64,000 nt of DNA from Hadesarchaea archaeon (GCA_029259175.1 JAPDJH010000018.1:1-64000), one strand, 5' to 3'. Shown: positions 20,375-29,504, numbered from the stretch's first letter. A program made the numbers and translations. Notes: a model not told the origin generated them from the letters alone.

Positions 20375-20635
20375 ATGGAAGCTGAACACGAGCAAAAAAT
20401 CCGTCAGGTGTTGGATATCGTGACACGCATCAGCGAGGATACAACCGTACCGCGGAATATCCGGAGGAAAGCTCAGGAAGCCAAGAACTATTTGCTCGAT
20501 CAAAACTCCGATCCAGCCGTCAGAGCAGCGTCGGCGCGCATGGCGTTAGAGGAAGTTAGCGAAGACCCCAACATGCCCGTGCATGCTAGGACTCAGCTGT
20601 GGGGGGCCTTAAGCATTCTCGAAACAATCAGGTGA
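20375..20635 (+). CDS. UPF0147 family protein
   Basis: DTTVPRNIRR, DPNMPVHARTQLW. Confidence 0.9.
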   Translation: MEAEHEQKIRQVLDIVTRISEDTTVPRNIRRKAQEAKNYLLDQNSDPAVRAASARMALEEVSEDPNMPVHARTQLWGALSILETIR

Positions 20636-21000
20636 GTAAGCTGACAACACGTCTAGCACCACAAATAACGGAGGACCTCACGAGCTTTGCAGAGTCTCTC
20701 AAAAAAAGAGACCTAAAAACGGCGCGGGCGTGGTTAGAGAACAAAAGACAGACTTTGCAAACACCCAACGACTTTGAAAAGGGATTTCTCTTGGCGCTCA
20801 ACGGCATGATCGTCTCACTCGAAAGCAACCAGAGTTTTTCCCTCATGAAAAAGATTCTCGATGGTACTCCGCAGGAAGAGGTACAACAGATCTACAAAGA
20901 TTTCAAAAAACGGGCAGAGCAGAGATTCCGACCCGCGTTGGAGCGCGGATTTGACACTGCATGGGCCATGGTTTTACAGCATTTCCTTCAAGCAGAATAG
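20632..21000 (+). CDS. Hypothetical protein
   Basis: GTGA overlap with the upstream stop; helical, with two similar FEKGF/LERGF segments. Confidence 0.65.
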   Translation: MSKLTTRLAPQITEDLTSFAESLKKRDLKTARAWLENKRQTLQTPNDFEKGFLLALNGMIVSLESNQSFSLMKKILDGTPQEEVQQIYKDFKKRAEQRFRPALERGFDTAWAMVLQHFLQAE

Positions 21001-21597
21001 TTACTCGATCGTGGCGTGTTTTGCCCGCAAGTCCTCCTCCTTTTTGCCCAGCTTGACCATGAGGCTGGAAATAATCGCGTCTAAGAAAACCATTGAACTT
21101 ATCTCGAATAGAGTTCCAAGAGGTGTTAGCGAAGCGTATTCACCATAGAGTTCCCTTCGGACGAATCCCTTGATGCTGGCAATCTTTGTTCTGCCCGGGA
21201 GAGTCACTACCAAATCCGCCAACTTCGCCAAGCTCGAACGCGGATAGGAGGTGATCGCTGCAACGCGCGCTCCCACTTTTTTCGCGATTTTTGCAGATTC
21301 CACTATCAAATCGGTCTCACCCGATCCGGATAACGCGACGAGCAAATCACCGGGTCTGAGCGCTGGTGTAATTGTCTCACCGACCACATACACTTCAAAG
21401 TCCAAGTGCATCAAACGGGTCGCAAAAGCTTTTACAACCAAGCCAGAGCGTCCCGCACCAACCACAAATACTCGGCGTGTATTCAACAACGCTTGAATGA
21501 AATTCTCAACCTCTTTTGATTTCAATTTCTTTGGAAGTGTTCGGAGGAAAGCGAGAATCTCATCCATCGCGCGCAGTGTTTCTTCCATCCCCACCAT
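21001..21597 (-). CDS. hxlB: 6-phospho-3-hexuloisomerase (SIS domain)
   Basis: GAGRSGL, VVGETITP, SGSGET, PLGTLFE, HATIE. Confidence 0.92.
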   Translation of the reverse strand: MVGMEETLRAMDEILAFLRTLPKKLKSKEVENFIQALLNTRRVFVVGAGRSGLVVKAFATRLMHLDFEVYVVGETITPALRPGDLLVALSGSGETDLIVESAKIAKKVGARVAAITSYPRSSLAKLADLVVTLPGRTKIASIKGFVRRELYGEYASLTPLGTLFEISSMVFLDAIISSLMVKLGKKEEDLRAKHATIE

Positions 21598-21663
21598 TTA
21601 GGATTAAAAGTAGGGGTTTTAAAATATCCCCCTTGAGTTATCATTGTCTCCGGAGGCGCTGCA

Positions 21664-23631
21664 ATGCTTCACTTCCTTGGCTTTGTGATGTGGGTAATCG
21701 GAGGCGTGATGTTGATTCCTAGCGCGCTCGCGCCTGTTTTTGGAGAAAGCCATCTCATACCGGTATTCGTAATTCCGGCACTTGTAGCCATAGGTCTCGG
21801 TTATTATATGCGCAGAAAAACTTCTCCTCGAGAGCTGAGCCTGGGTGAAGCGATGGTGACCGCCACCGCCGCTTGGATCATTTTCGCGGTTTTTTCTTCT
21901 GCCCCATACGTGGCGGGGATGGGAATGCCCATAGAAGATGCCTATTTCGAAAGCATGTCAGGGCTCACAGCGACCGGATTGACCATGATACCGCAGGATC
22001 CGGTGGCAAACCACCTCGTAATAAGTGAGGTGGGCATTTCCGCCGACAACGTCTCTTATATAGAACTGTACAATCCGACAGAAAGCGCGGTCGACCTTTC
22101 TTCTTCTCTTGTGTGGATAGCAACAGAAAATCGTGTAAAGTTAGAAAACATCGTTTGGTACACAAGTACCATACATTCTCACGGGTACTTTTTGCTGGCC
22201 GCTTCTGAGTCCGTATGCGGCGTTCAAGCGGATGCTCTGTTTACCACCTCGCTGTCATCCGTTGGCGCTGTGGCCATATCCACAACCTCCGCAAGTTTTG
22301 AACACGCCACAGACCGTGTTGCTTGGGGAGGATCTACAGCGGATGATTTTGCAGAGGGCTCCAGCTCACCCCACGTTTTATCTCCGGGCGACTCTTTGGA
22401 GCGCCGCATCTCTAAGCAGCTCTCCGAAAAGGCCACATTGAAGTATGAATGGGGAAACGCCTATGACACAGATATGAACTCCGACGATTTTGTTTTCCAT
22501 AGCGGTGTGTGCGATCCAGAAAATTCTGGCGTGCAAAAGAACCCCATATTGAACATCGAACGCTCGCCTCGCACCATCTTGTTCTGGCGGAGTTTGACTG
22601 AGTGGGTGGGTGGACTGGGAATTATAGTGCTGTTCTTGGCGGCGCTTGTCGGTTTCGGAAAAGCGGCTCGAAAAATGTACGTGGCGGAAGCCAGGACCCA
22701 ATTCGTGGAACCCAACGTCACGCAGACTGCAAGATCTCTGTGGGGGATTTACATTATTCTTACGCTAATCGGAGCAACGCTCCTGTACCTCACGTCATTG
22801 CCTAACGCCTCACTGTTTGAATCGGTTAACCATGCCATGACAGGAATTGCCACGGGCGGTTTTTCTGTGCGTAACGACAGTTTCGCAGGATATGCTTGGC
22901 CGGTCCTAACGGTGGCCATTCTCATCATGATCGCTGGAGCTACCAGTTTCGCTGTGCACCGCATGATCTTCCGTGGTGCTTGGCGAGAGTTCTTCAAAAA
23001 TGTGGAAGTAAAATTTATGCTAGCGCTGATAGCGGTGTGTAGCGCGCTGTTGATTTTGAGCGTTGGAATAACTGATTCGTTTTTCCAAACAACCTCTGCA
23101 CTCACCGGCACCGGATTTTCTACGGCGAACTTGGCACATTGGGGAGATGGACAGAAAGGTGTGCTCATTTTGCTCATGGTGATCGGTGGCGGCTACGGCT
23201 CAACCTCGAGTGCTCTAAAACTCATTCGAGTACTCATCCTAGCGAAAGCCATTCACTGGATGATTAAAAAGAGCTTCTTGCCCGATCGAGCCGTTGTACA
23301 CATGAAGCTCGGTGGTCGGATATACTCGGAACATGAAATGATGGAAGCTGCCATTTATGCCTTTCTTTACTTGCTTGTGATGATAGGCGGTGCAGTGGTT
23401 TTGATGAGCTTTGGCCACTCAGCCATCGATTCCTTGTTCGAATCTGCATCCGCACAAGGAAATGTTGGACTATCGGTGGGCATCACATCTCCCTTCATGC
23501 CCTTAGCTGGAAAGATCACTATGATCATCCAAATGCTGGTCGGGCGGTTGGAGATAATCCCGGTCATCGCTTTGCTAAGCTATCTAATAGTGGAGCTTCC
23601 TAGAAACGTTCGGCGCGCCTCGCAGGTCTGA
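21664..23631 (+). CDS. trkH: TrkH potassium uptake channel with an internal insertion of about 185 aa
   Basis: Four pore motifs (SGLTATG, IATGGFS, LTGTGFS, AQGNVGLS), WVGGLG, GRLEI. Confidence 0.88.
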   Translation: MLHFLGFVMWVIGGVMLIPSALAPVFGESHLIPVFVIPALVAIGLGYYMRRKTSPRELSLGEAMVTATAAWIIFAVFSSAPYVAGMGMPIEDAYFESMSGLTATGLTMIPQDPVANHLVISEVGISADNVSYIELYNPTESAVDLSSSLVWIATENRVKLENIVWYTSTIHSHGYFLLAASESVCGVQADALFTTSLSSVGAVAISTTSASFEHATDRVAWGGSTADDFAEGSSSPHVLSPGDSLERRISKQLSEKATLKYEWGNAYDTDMNSDDFVFHSGVCDPENSGVQKNPILNIERSPRTILFWRSLTEWVGGLGIIVLFLAALVGFGKAARKMYVAEARTQFVEPNVTQTARSLWGIYIILTLIGATLLYLTSLPNASLFESVNHAMTGIATGGFSVRNDSFAGYAWPVLTVAILIMIAGATSFAVHRMIFRGAWREFFKNVEVKFMLALIAVCSALLILSVGITDSFFQTTSALTGTGFSTANLAHWGDGQKGVLILLMVIGGGYGSTSSALKLIRVLILAKAIHWMIKKSFLPDRAVVHMKLGGRIYSEHEMMEAAIYAFLYLLVMIGGAVVLMSFGHSAIDSLFESASAQGNVGLSVGITSPFMPLAGKITMIIQMLVGRLEIIPVIALLSYLIVELPRNVRRASQV

Positions 23632-24196
23632 CGAACAGGTTGTACTTGTCCACGCCTTGGAGCTCCATCTCTATACGCTTGGCTATCAGAGACTTGGGAT
23701 TGGCAAGACCCTTAACCCGCTCTTCCAGATCTTTAAAATCTGAGAATGGTTTCTTGTTTCGCTCCTCCAAGATGGCCCACATCAGCTTCTTCCCAATCCC
23801 CGGAATGAGTTCGAGCTGGTGAAAGCGCGTCGTTACTGGACCAGCGCGGTTGAAAAACTCTACGTATTTTTCCGGTGCCTCCTCAATTATCTTCTCGATC
23901 ACGGCTGGTAGCTCCGCTTTTGCGGCTGCGGTAAGATCACCGTAACCGATTCTCCGTCGGATCCGCTCTACCTTGTCACGCCCCTCTTTCCCAATGTTTA
24001 TTTTCTCTTGGGGCTGGAGCGTTACGCCCTTGAGCGGTACGACTTCAAGCAAAGTGAAGAAACCCGTTCCTATCACTTGAGCCACAGGCTCTCGCAAGTG
24101 AATGGGACGGGTATCACTTGGGCTTCCTTGGGGTAGGAAATCCAGCACTATGGCGAAATCCTCATACTTTTTTTCAACCAAGCCAACCAGCTCCAC
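23600..24196 (-). CDS. DUF655 putative RNA-binding protein
   Basis: VLDFLPQG, FTLLE, FFNRAGPVTTRFHQLELIPGIGKK; conserved position after rpo4. Confidence 0.9.
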   Translation of the reverse strand: MELVGLVEKKYEDFAIVLDFLPQGSPSDTRPIHLREPVAQVIGTGFFTLLEVVPLKGVTLQPQEKINIGKEGRDKVERIRRRIGYGDLTAAAKAELPAVIEKIIEEAPEKYVEFFNRAGPVTTRFHQLELIPGIGKKLMWAILEERNKKPFSDFKDLEERVKGLANPKSLIAKRIEMELQGVDKYNLFVRPARRAERF

Positions 24197-24200
24197 TTAT

Positions 24201-24536
24201 TCACTCGGTATGTTTCTTCACTATCTCCAAAATTTGATTGATTTCAGAATCCTCCAATCTGGTTCTCGTTTTTTGAAAAATTACTTCTACGTCCTGCTTT
24301 GTTTTTGGTAACAAATCGATAATCGCGACGATCTGCGCTTCGTTTAGTTTCTCGATCTGCGAGAGCTCTTCTCTCATCTTCCTCGCGGTCTCCGCGTCCA
24401 CACCGGCAAATTTCTGTGCATAATCATATGCTAGCCGTTGAGAGTACTCCATCTCCCCTTTCTTTTGTTTTTCTAAAAGCTCCAGCGCCTCTGGAATCGT
24501 GGTCGGTTTTTCTTCAACCACCCTTTTTCCGATCAC
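24201..24536 (-). CDS. rpo4: RNA polymerase subunit Rpo4 (RpoF)
   Basis: MIGKRVVEEKP, YSQRLAYDYAQKF, IIDLLP; between rpl21e and DUF655. Confidence 0.9.
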   Translation of the reverse strand: MIGKRVVEEKPTTIPEALELLEKQKKGEMEYSQRLAYDYAQKFAGVDAETARKMREELSQIEKLNEAQIVAIIDLLPKTKQDVEVIFQKTRTRLEDSEINQILEIVKKHTE

Positions 24537-24829
24537 TATCTCACCACCCGGAGGTGCTCAGGCGATGCTATTATTTTCTTTATCTTACCTCCATCCTTTA
24601 TCTCTACTATATAGGCACGCCCCCTTTTCTCTATTACGAGACCTATCCTCCCATGGTATCTGTGGTGTGGTTGTCCCTTGTGAACCGATGGATTTATGAA
24701 AATGGTGACTTTTGCACCTATGGGTAGCTCTTGGGTTGCCTGAACCACTGAACCTAGTCCTCGACGTCTCGGCGGTTTTGTGAACTTTCCTCTACCGGCG
24801 CTTCTTAGTCCGCGAGACCGTCTAGCCAT
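24536..24829 (-). CDS. rpl21e: 50S ribosomal protein L21e
   Basis: INPSVHKGQPHHRYHGRIG, DGGKIKKII, PEHL. Confidence 0.95.
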   Translation of the reverse strand: MARRSRGLRSAGRGKFTKPPRRRGLGSVVQATQELPIGAKVTIFINPSVHKGQPHHRYHGRIGLVIEKRGRAYIVEIKDGGKIKKIIASPEHLRVVR

Positions 24830-24873
24830 TTTTCATCCCTTCCCTCTCTAGTGTGTCGCGGGATTTTAACCTT

Positions 24874-24896
24874 TAACTAGCCGGTTCTCTTCGGAA
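24874..24896. repeat. Left TSD copy plus left terminal inverted repeat
   Basis: taactagcc|ggttctcttcggaa. Confidence 0.88.
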
Positions 24897-24973
24897 CTCT
24901 TGGCCCGCAGATACTTTCGCCCACCCCTCTCTCCCCGAAACCCTCATAATTGGATAGAACGAACCTCGGGCGA

Positions 24974-26020
24974 ATGCGTGTCGTCAAGACCATCCGGGCG
25001 GAGCTCTGGGCCCTCACCAAGCGCAAGCTTGAGTGCTTGCTCGATCTTGAGAGCGAGTGGAGGCGCGCCCTTGAGCTCAAACGCACGTACCGGGAGCTCA
25101 GGGAGTCGACGCGCCTGCCCTCCTACTACTGCAGGGCCCTGGCGTGGAAGGTCCGCGGGCGGCAGTCCCCCATCCTGCTCGACCGGGACTCCTTCGAGCT
25201 CAAGCCCACCTCCAACCGCCTAGCCCGCTACTTCATCAGCATTCCCACGCCCCGCGGGAGGGTGTGGTGCCCCCTCAGGCTCTGGCGCGAGCACGAGCGG
25301 TTGCTCGAGTCGGGAGTCAGGATTAGGGACTCGAAGCTGGTCGTGCGGAAGGGGAGGTTCTTTCTCCACCTCACGGTTGAAAAGAAAATCACGCTCATCC
25401 CTCGACCCAACGTGGTCGCGGTCGACCTCGGAGAGCGCTTCCTCGCGGCGTCCGTGGCGCTTCGCGGGGGAGCAGTGGTCTCAGCGGTCCTGCTCGGGAA
25501 GGAGGCGAGAGGGGTGAGGCGGCACCACGCGTGGCTGCGCAGGCGCCTGGGGGAGCGGAAGCTCCTGCGCGTCATCAGGCGAATCGGGCAGCGGGAGCGG
25601 CGCGCGGTCGACCAGATCTGCCACCGGGTCGCGAAGCGCGTGGTCGAGTTCGCAGTCCGCCACGAGGCCGTCATCGTGATCGGGGATCTGAAGGGGCTGC
25701 GCGAGCGCTGCAGGGGGAAGGGGAAGCGCCTGAATCGCATCGTTGGCTCCATGCCCTACCACCGGCTCAGGCGCTACATCGAGCACAAAGCGGCTTGGTT
25801 TGGGATCCCGGTGTACATAGTGAGCGAGGCGCACACGAGCTCCCGCTGCCACCGCTGTGGGGCCGAGGGATCGAGGCCCAGCCAGGGGCTCTTCAGGTGC
25901 AGGGCATGCGGGCTCGAGTACAACGCGGACCTGAACGGTGCCGCAAACCTCGGAAAGAGGTTCCTGGAGCAGCGCTCCGGGAACGGGGCCGTGTGGGTTC
26001 CGGCCCTAAAGGCGGCCTAG
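24974..26020 (+). CDS. tnpB: RNA-guided endonuclease TnpB family
   Basis: RuvC-I VAVDLG, IVIGDL, VSEAHTS, Zn finger CHRC...CRAC, RuvC-III NADLNGAANL. Confidence 0.92.
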   Translation: MRVVKTIRAELWALTKRKLECLLDLESEWRRALELKRTYRELRESTRLPSYYCRALAWKVRGRQSPILLDRDSFELKPTSNRLARYFISIPTPRGRVWCPLRLWREHERLLESGVRIRDSKLVVRKGRFFLHLTVEKKITLIPRPNVVAVDLGERFLAASVALRGGAVVSAVLLGKEARGVRRHHAWLRRRLGERKLLRVIRRIGQRERRAVDQICHRVAKRVVEFAVRHEAVIVIGDLKGLRERCRGKGKRLNRIVGSMPYHRLRRYIEHKAAWFGIPVYIVSEAHTSSRCHRCGAEGSRPSQGLFRCRACGLEYNADLNGAANLGKRFLEQRSGNGAVWVPALKAA

Positions 26021-26059
26021 AGCCGCCAACTTCGGAGGTCAAGGCTTCCGAAGAGAACC
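25987..26059 (+). ncRNA. 3' part of the putative TnpB omega/reRNA scaffold (5' end undefined)
   Basis: Hairpin CTTCGGAGGT-CAAG-GCTTCCGAAG plus an upstream stem; pairing preserved by substitutions in the copy at 61329-61401. Confidence 0.62.
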
Positions 26060-26068
26060 TAACTAGCC
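26046..26068. repeat. Right terminal inverted repeat plus right TSD copy
   Basis: ttccgaagagaacc|taactagcc; the TSD contains the srp54 stop codon. Confidence 0.88.
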
Positions 26069-27409
26069 CATCTTTTTCAACAATTTGCTCCAAGGACCAA
26101 ACCTAGGGATTCTGCCTCGTGCAAGATTTTTTATAAGCTTCTGCACCAGCTCGTACTGCTTTAAGAGTTCTTTCACGTCGGCTTCGCTGGTCCCAGAACC
26201 GCGGGCAATCCTTTTGATCCTAGAAGCATTTAGTATGCGGGGGTTCTCCAGCTCCTCCGGGGTCATGGACTGCATAATGACCTTGAATTTCTTCAGCTTC
26301 TCTTCTCCTATTCGGAACTGCTCGTCGGGAATAGACACGCCCACGCCCGGAAGCATTTGCATGACTTTTTTCAGAGGACCCATTTTGCTTAATGCTTCTA
26401 GCTGATCATAGACATCTTTTAGGGTGAGCTTTCCCGCCAGCAAATCCTTTTTATCCGGAATCCGGATTTTCTCCTCTTTCACCACTTCCTCGATTTTTTT
26501 CAACAGAGTCTCCAAATCGCCCATGCCAAGCAAACGAGACAAGAACTTTGCTGGGGCATATGGTTCTAAGTCTTCTAGATGTTCCCCTGTGCCGATGAAC
26601 TTGATAGATGCGCCCGTCGCGGCCACAGCTGAGAGCGCGCCTCCACCTTTGGCAGTGCCGTCGAGTTTGGTTACGAGAATAGATCCGATAGCGGTGGCCG
26701 CGTTAAAGGCTTCGGCCTGTGCCTTTGCTTGTTGACCGATGGTGCCGTCAATCACCAGCATTACTTCGTCTGGTCGGATTTGCTCCGCTAACTCTCGCAT
26801 TTCCTGCATGAGATTTATCTCGCTTTTATGACGCCCTGCCGTGTCGACGATAATGAGCTCCATTCCTTGTCTCTTGAAATGTTGCACGCCTTCCTTTGCT
26901 ATTCTAACGGCGTCTTTGGTTTTGGGGTCTCCGAAAACTGGGAATCCCCCTTGCTCTCCCAGCTGAAGCAATTGTTCGTAAGCGCCCGGACGATACGTGT
27001 CGGCACAGATAATCCCCACCTTGAAGCCCTTTTTCTTGAAATAATACGCGAGCTTGGCCACCGAAGTGGTTTTCCCACTTCCCTGCAAACCAACCATCAT
27101 CAAAACTTTGGTTTTCCCCGGCTCCACTTTCAGCTCCGCGGGTTTGCCCAAAAAATCTGAGAGCTCTTCATACACCACCTTTATTATGTGGGCTCGCTTG
27201 TCTACTCCCGGCAACGGCTTTTCTTCGAGCGCTCGCTTTTCGATGCGTTTGGAAAGAGAAAGCACTAGTTTAACGTTGACATCAGCTTGGAGCAGAGCGC
27301 GCTGGACATCTCTAACGAGCTGCTTGATCGTTTGCTCGTCCACATGCGGGCTTTTCGCCAGCTTCTGGAGAGCAGAGTGTAGCGCCTTTCCCAGTCTTTC
27401 TAGCACCAT
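26063..27409 (-). CDS. srp54: Signal recognition particle protein SRP54
   Basis: GLQGSGKTT, DTAGRH, TKLDGTAKGGGA, M domain SRIKRIARGSG. Confidence 0.97.
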   Translation of the reverse strand: MVLERLGKALHSALQKLAKSPHVDEQTIKQLVRDVQRALLQADVNVKLVLSLSKRIEKRALEEKPLPGVDKRAHIIKVVYEELSDFLGKPAELKVEPGKTKVLMMVGLQGSGKTTSVAKLAYYFKKKGFKVGIICADTYRPGAYEQLLQLGEQGGFPVFGDPKTKDAVRIAKEGVQHFKRQGMELIIVDTAGRHKSEINLMQEMRELAEQIRPDEVMLVIDGTIGQQAKAQAEAFNAATAIGSILVTKLDGTAKGGGALSAVAATGASIKFIGTGEHLEDLEPYAPAKFLSRLLGMGDLETLLKKIEEVVKEEKIRIPDKKDLLAGKLTLKDVYDQLEALSKMGPLKKVMQMLPGVGVSIPDEQFRIGEEKLKKFKVIMQSMTPEELENPRILNASRIKRIARGSGTSEADVKELLKQYELVQKLIKNLARGRIPRFGPWSKLLKKMG

Positions 27410-27463
27410 GGTGTCAATATTGGTTGGTCTCCAACATTAAATAGAACTCGCGCACAGTAGTGG

Positions 27464-28480
27464 ATGATGATCGGGCTGATTCTCGCGGGTGGTTTTGCCA
27501 AAAGACTGGGACCGATCGGGCAGCAACTACCAAAACCGCTTCTCATGGTGGAAGGAGATCGAGCCATCAACCACCTTCTTCGAAAACTGGAATCAGCTGG
27601 TGTGAAAACCGTCTACATCACGGTCAACAAAAAGTTCGCCCCTTTCTTTAAGGACTACAAAAATTTGATCGTTGAACCATCAACCAAAGAAGAAGAAAAA
27701 CTCGGTGCCGTTTCGGCTATAGCTAATGCTATCAAAAATGCAGGTATTGATGACGATTTGTTTGTCTTGTGCGCGGACAATTATTTTTCGTCAGATTTCG
27801 AGGAATTTGTTCAAAATTTTTCTGGAGAACCCATGGTCGGACTGTACTATGCGGGCGCCACCCCTGACTTAAAGCCAGAGGAGATGGCCACCGTCCGCTT
27901 CAAGGGTTGTGATTCGTATCCGCCCCCCACCAAGACATTCTATTTGGAAGATTTCAAGGAAAAAGTAAAGCCGCCGCTCAGCAACTATGTGGGTACCGGC
28001 GTTTACATTCTTCCGCGACGTGTGCTTCCCGTTCTAATAGATTTCTGCGAAGGGCGCAAAAGAGACGCTCCAGGCTATTTCATCCAGCACTTAATGGAAC
28101 GGGGAGAGAAAATCAAGGCCTATGTGTTTTCAGGAGAATGGTACGACATCTCACACAAAACATACTGGGATGCGTTCAGAACAGGTAAATTGGTTCGCGG
28201 TGACGAAGTCTGTGTTCAGGCCTCCAGAAACGTTGGAGCTCTAACTGTTTACATAACTATTCTCAAACCAAGGAAATCCGTGGATCTCCCTCCCAACTCT
28301 GTGCACCTCATATTGGAGGGTGCTGGAGAAATCCGAACAGAGGAGAAACACAGAACCGCCAGATCCAGAGATGTAATCCTCACCGGGCCGAGTGGAGGAA
28401 TTCTCCAGAATAAAAGTGACTTGGAACTCGTCTTCCTGAGCATTGAGACAAAGAGCGGGGAACCCAATGCTGTTTCATAA
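27464..28480 (+). CDS. Sugar-phosphate nucleotidyltransferase with C-terminal cupin-like domain
   Basis: ILAGGFAKRL, PKPLL, FKEK, WYDI; tail HLILEGAGEI. Confidence 0.8.
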   Translation: MMIGLILAGGFAKRLGPIGQQLPKPLLMVEGDRAINHLLRKLESAGVKTVYITVNKKFAPFFKDYKNLIVEPSTKEEEKLGAVSAIANAIKNAGIDDDLFVLCADNYFSSDFEEFVQNFSGEPMVGLYYAGATPDLKPEEMATVRFKGCDSYPPPTKTFYLEDFKEKVKPPLSNYVGTGVYILPRRVLPVLIDFCEGRKRDAPGYFIQHLMERGEKIKAYVFSGEWYDISHKTYWDAFRTGKLVRGDEVCVQASRNVGALTVYITILKPRKSVDLPPNSVHLILEGAGEIRTEEKHRTARSRDVILTGPSGGILQNKSDLELVFLSIETKSGEPNAVS

Positions 28481-29474
28481 ACGAGTAATTGTGGCCAAGC
28501 TTCGCGATCCCAGAGAAGATTTCAGAGAGGTTGAACGCCCCATCGAAATTAGGCGTGATCCGCTAACTGGACGAAAGTGCAGAATAAACGTGGAGCGAGC
28601 ACGCCGACCACATCAAGCGAAACGAACTAAAGAGAAAATTTCCCATCCCACAAACTGTCCTTTTTGTCATCCGAACTTGGAAAAAATCACCCCAAAGTAT
28701 CCGGATGCGATGCCTGAGAGAATCTGCGTAGGAAGAGCTACAACATTTCCGAATTTGTTTCCCTTCGGGGAGTTCCATTCTGTAGTAGCATTTCCCTCGT
28801 TTTTCTTAGAAGTGGATGGTTTTTCTCCCAAAGAACTGCGCGAATGCTTAGAGGCTGCTTTCAAAACATTCGAACTCGCTATGAGTACACGGCCTGCCCT
28901 TCGTTACTGGTATTTGAACTGGAATCATCTTCCTCCCGCTGGAGCTAGCATAGTTCATCCACATCTCCAGTTATTGGCGACAAGAAATCCCACCAGAATG
29001 CTCAGTGAACTCATGCGGAAAAGCAAACAATACTATCAGCAGCACAAACGGAATTACTGGAAGGAACTGCTATCTCTCGAAAGGAAATTGGACGAGCGCT
29101 ACATCGGAAGCACTGGAGATATCCACTGGATAGCAAGTTTTGCACCCACGGGAAATAAAGAGGTGTTGGGTGTTTCTGAAAAATGGTCCTCTTTACGAGA
29201 AGCGAAGGCATCTATATCCGACATTTGTCAGGGACTGCACAAAATCTTGAAGGGCTATGCCAAAATCGGTGTCAAAAGCTTTAATCTGTCTTCGTACTCC
29301 GGGCCGTGCGACAAAAAGCTACCGTTTTTCCGCCTTCACTTCCGTTTGATCGCAAGGCCGGACCCGGTGTCTCTTTACACCGCGGACAGGGGGTTCATGG
29401 AGATCTTCCATCACGAACCTGTGATAGACACTTTGCCCGAAACACTGGCACGTGAACTCCGCAAAGTTTTCTAA
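28467..29474 (+). CDS. Galactose-1-phosphate uridylyltransferase-like (GalT/HIT)
   Basis: RRDPLTG, CPFC, PNLFPF, AGASIVHPHLQ. Confidence 0.85.
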   Translation: MLFHKRVIVAKLRDPREDFREVERPIEIRRDPLTGRKCRINVERARRPHQAKRTKEKISHPTNCPFCHPNLEKITPKYPDAMPERICVGRATTFPNLFPFGEFHSVVAFPSFFLEVDGFSPKELRECLEAAFKTFELAMSTRPALRYWYLNWNHLPPAGASIVHPHLQLLATRNPTRMLSELMRKSKQYYQQHKRNYWKELLSLERKLDERYIGSTGDIHWIASFAPTGNKEVLGVSEKWSSLREAKASISDICQGLHKILKGYAKIGVKSFNLSSYSGPCDKKLPFFRLHFRLIARPDPVSLYTADRGFMEIFHHEPVIDTLPETLARELRKVF

Positions 29475-29504
29475 TTCCGGATAAAACAAAAAAGAGGGGA
29501 AAAC

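Larger units (their letters stand above)
24883..26059 (+). mobile_element. Non-autonomous TnpB-carrying element with terminal inverted repeats and 9-bp target-site duplication
   Basis: TAACTAGCC at 24874-24882 and 26060-26068; GGTTCTCTTCGGAA at 24883-24896 is the exact inverse of 26046-26059 (20/23 when extended); interior visibly GC-richer than flanks. Confidence 0.9.

Noticed and set aside
21991-22550. Intein in TrkH
   Set aside because: No C-terminal His-Asn followed by Cys/Ser/Thr and no splicing motifs seen; the insert looks like a lamin-tail domain.
24883-26059. Ordinary IS200/IS605 or IS607 element
   Set aside because: No tnpA; the ends are inverted repeats of each other and a 9-bp duplication is present.
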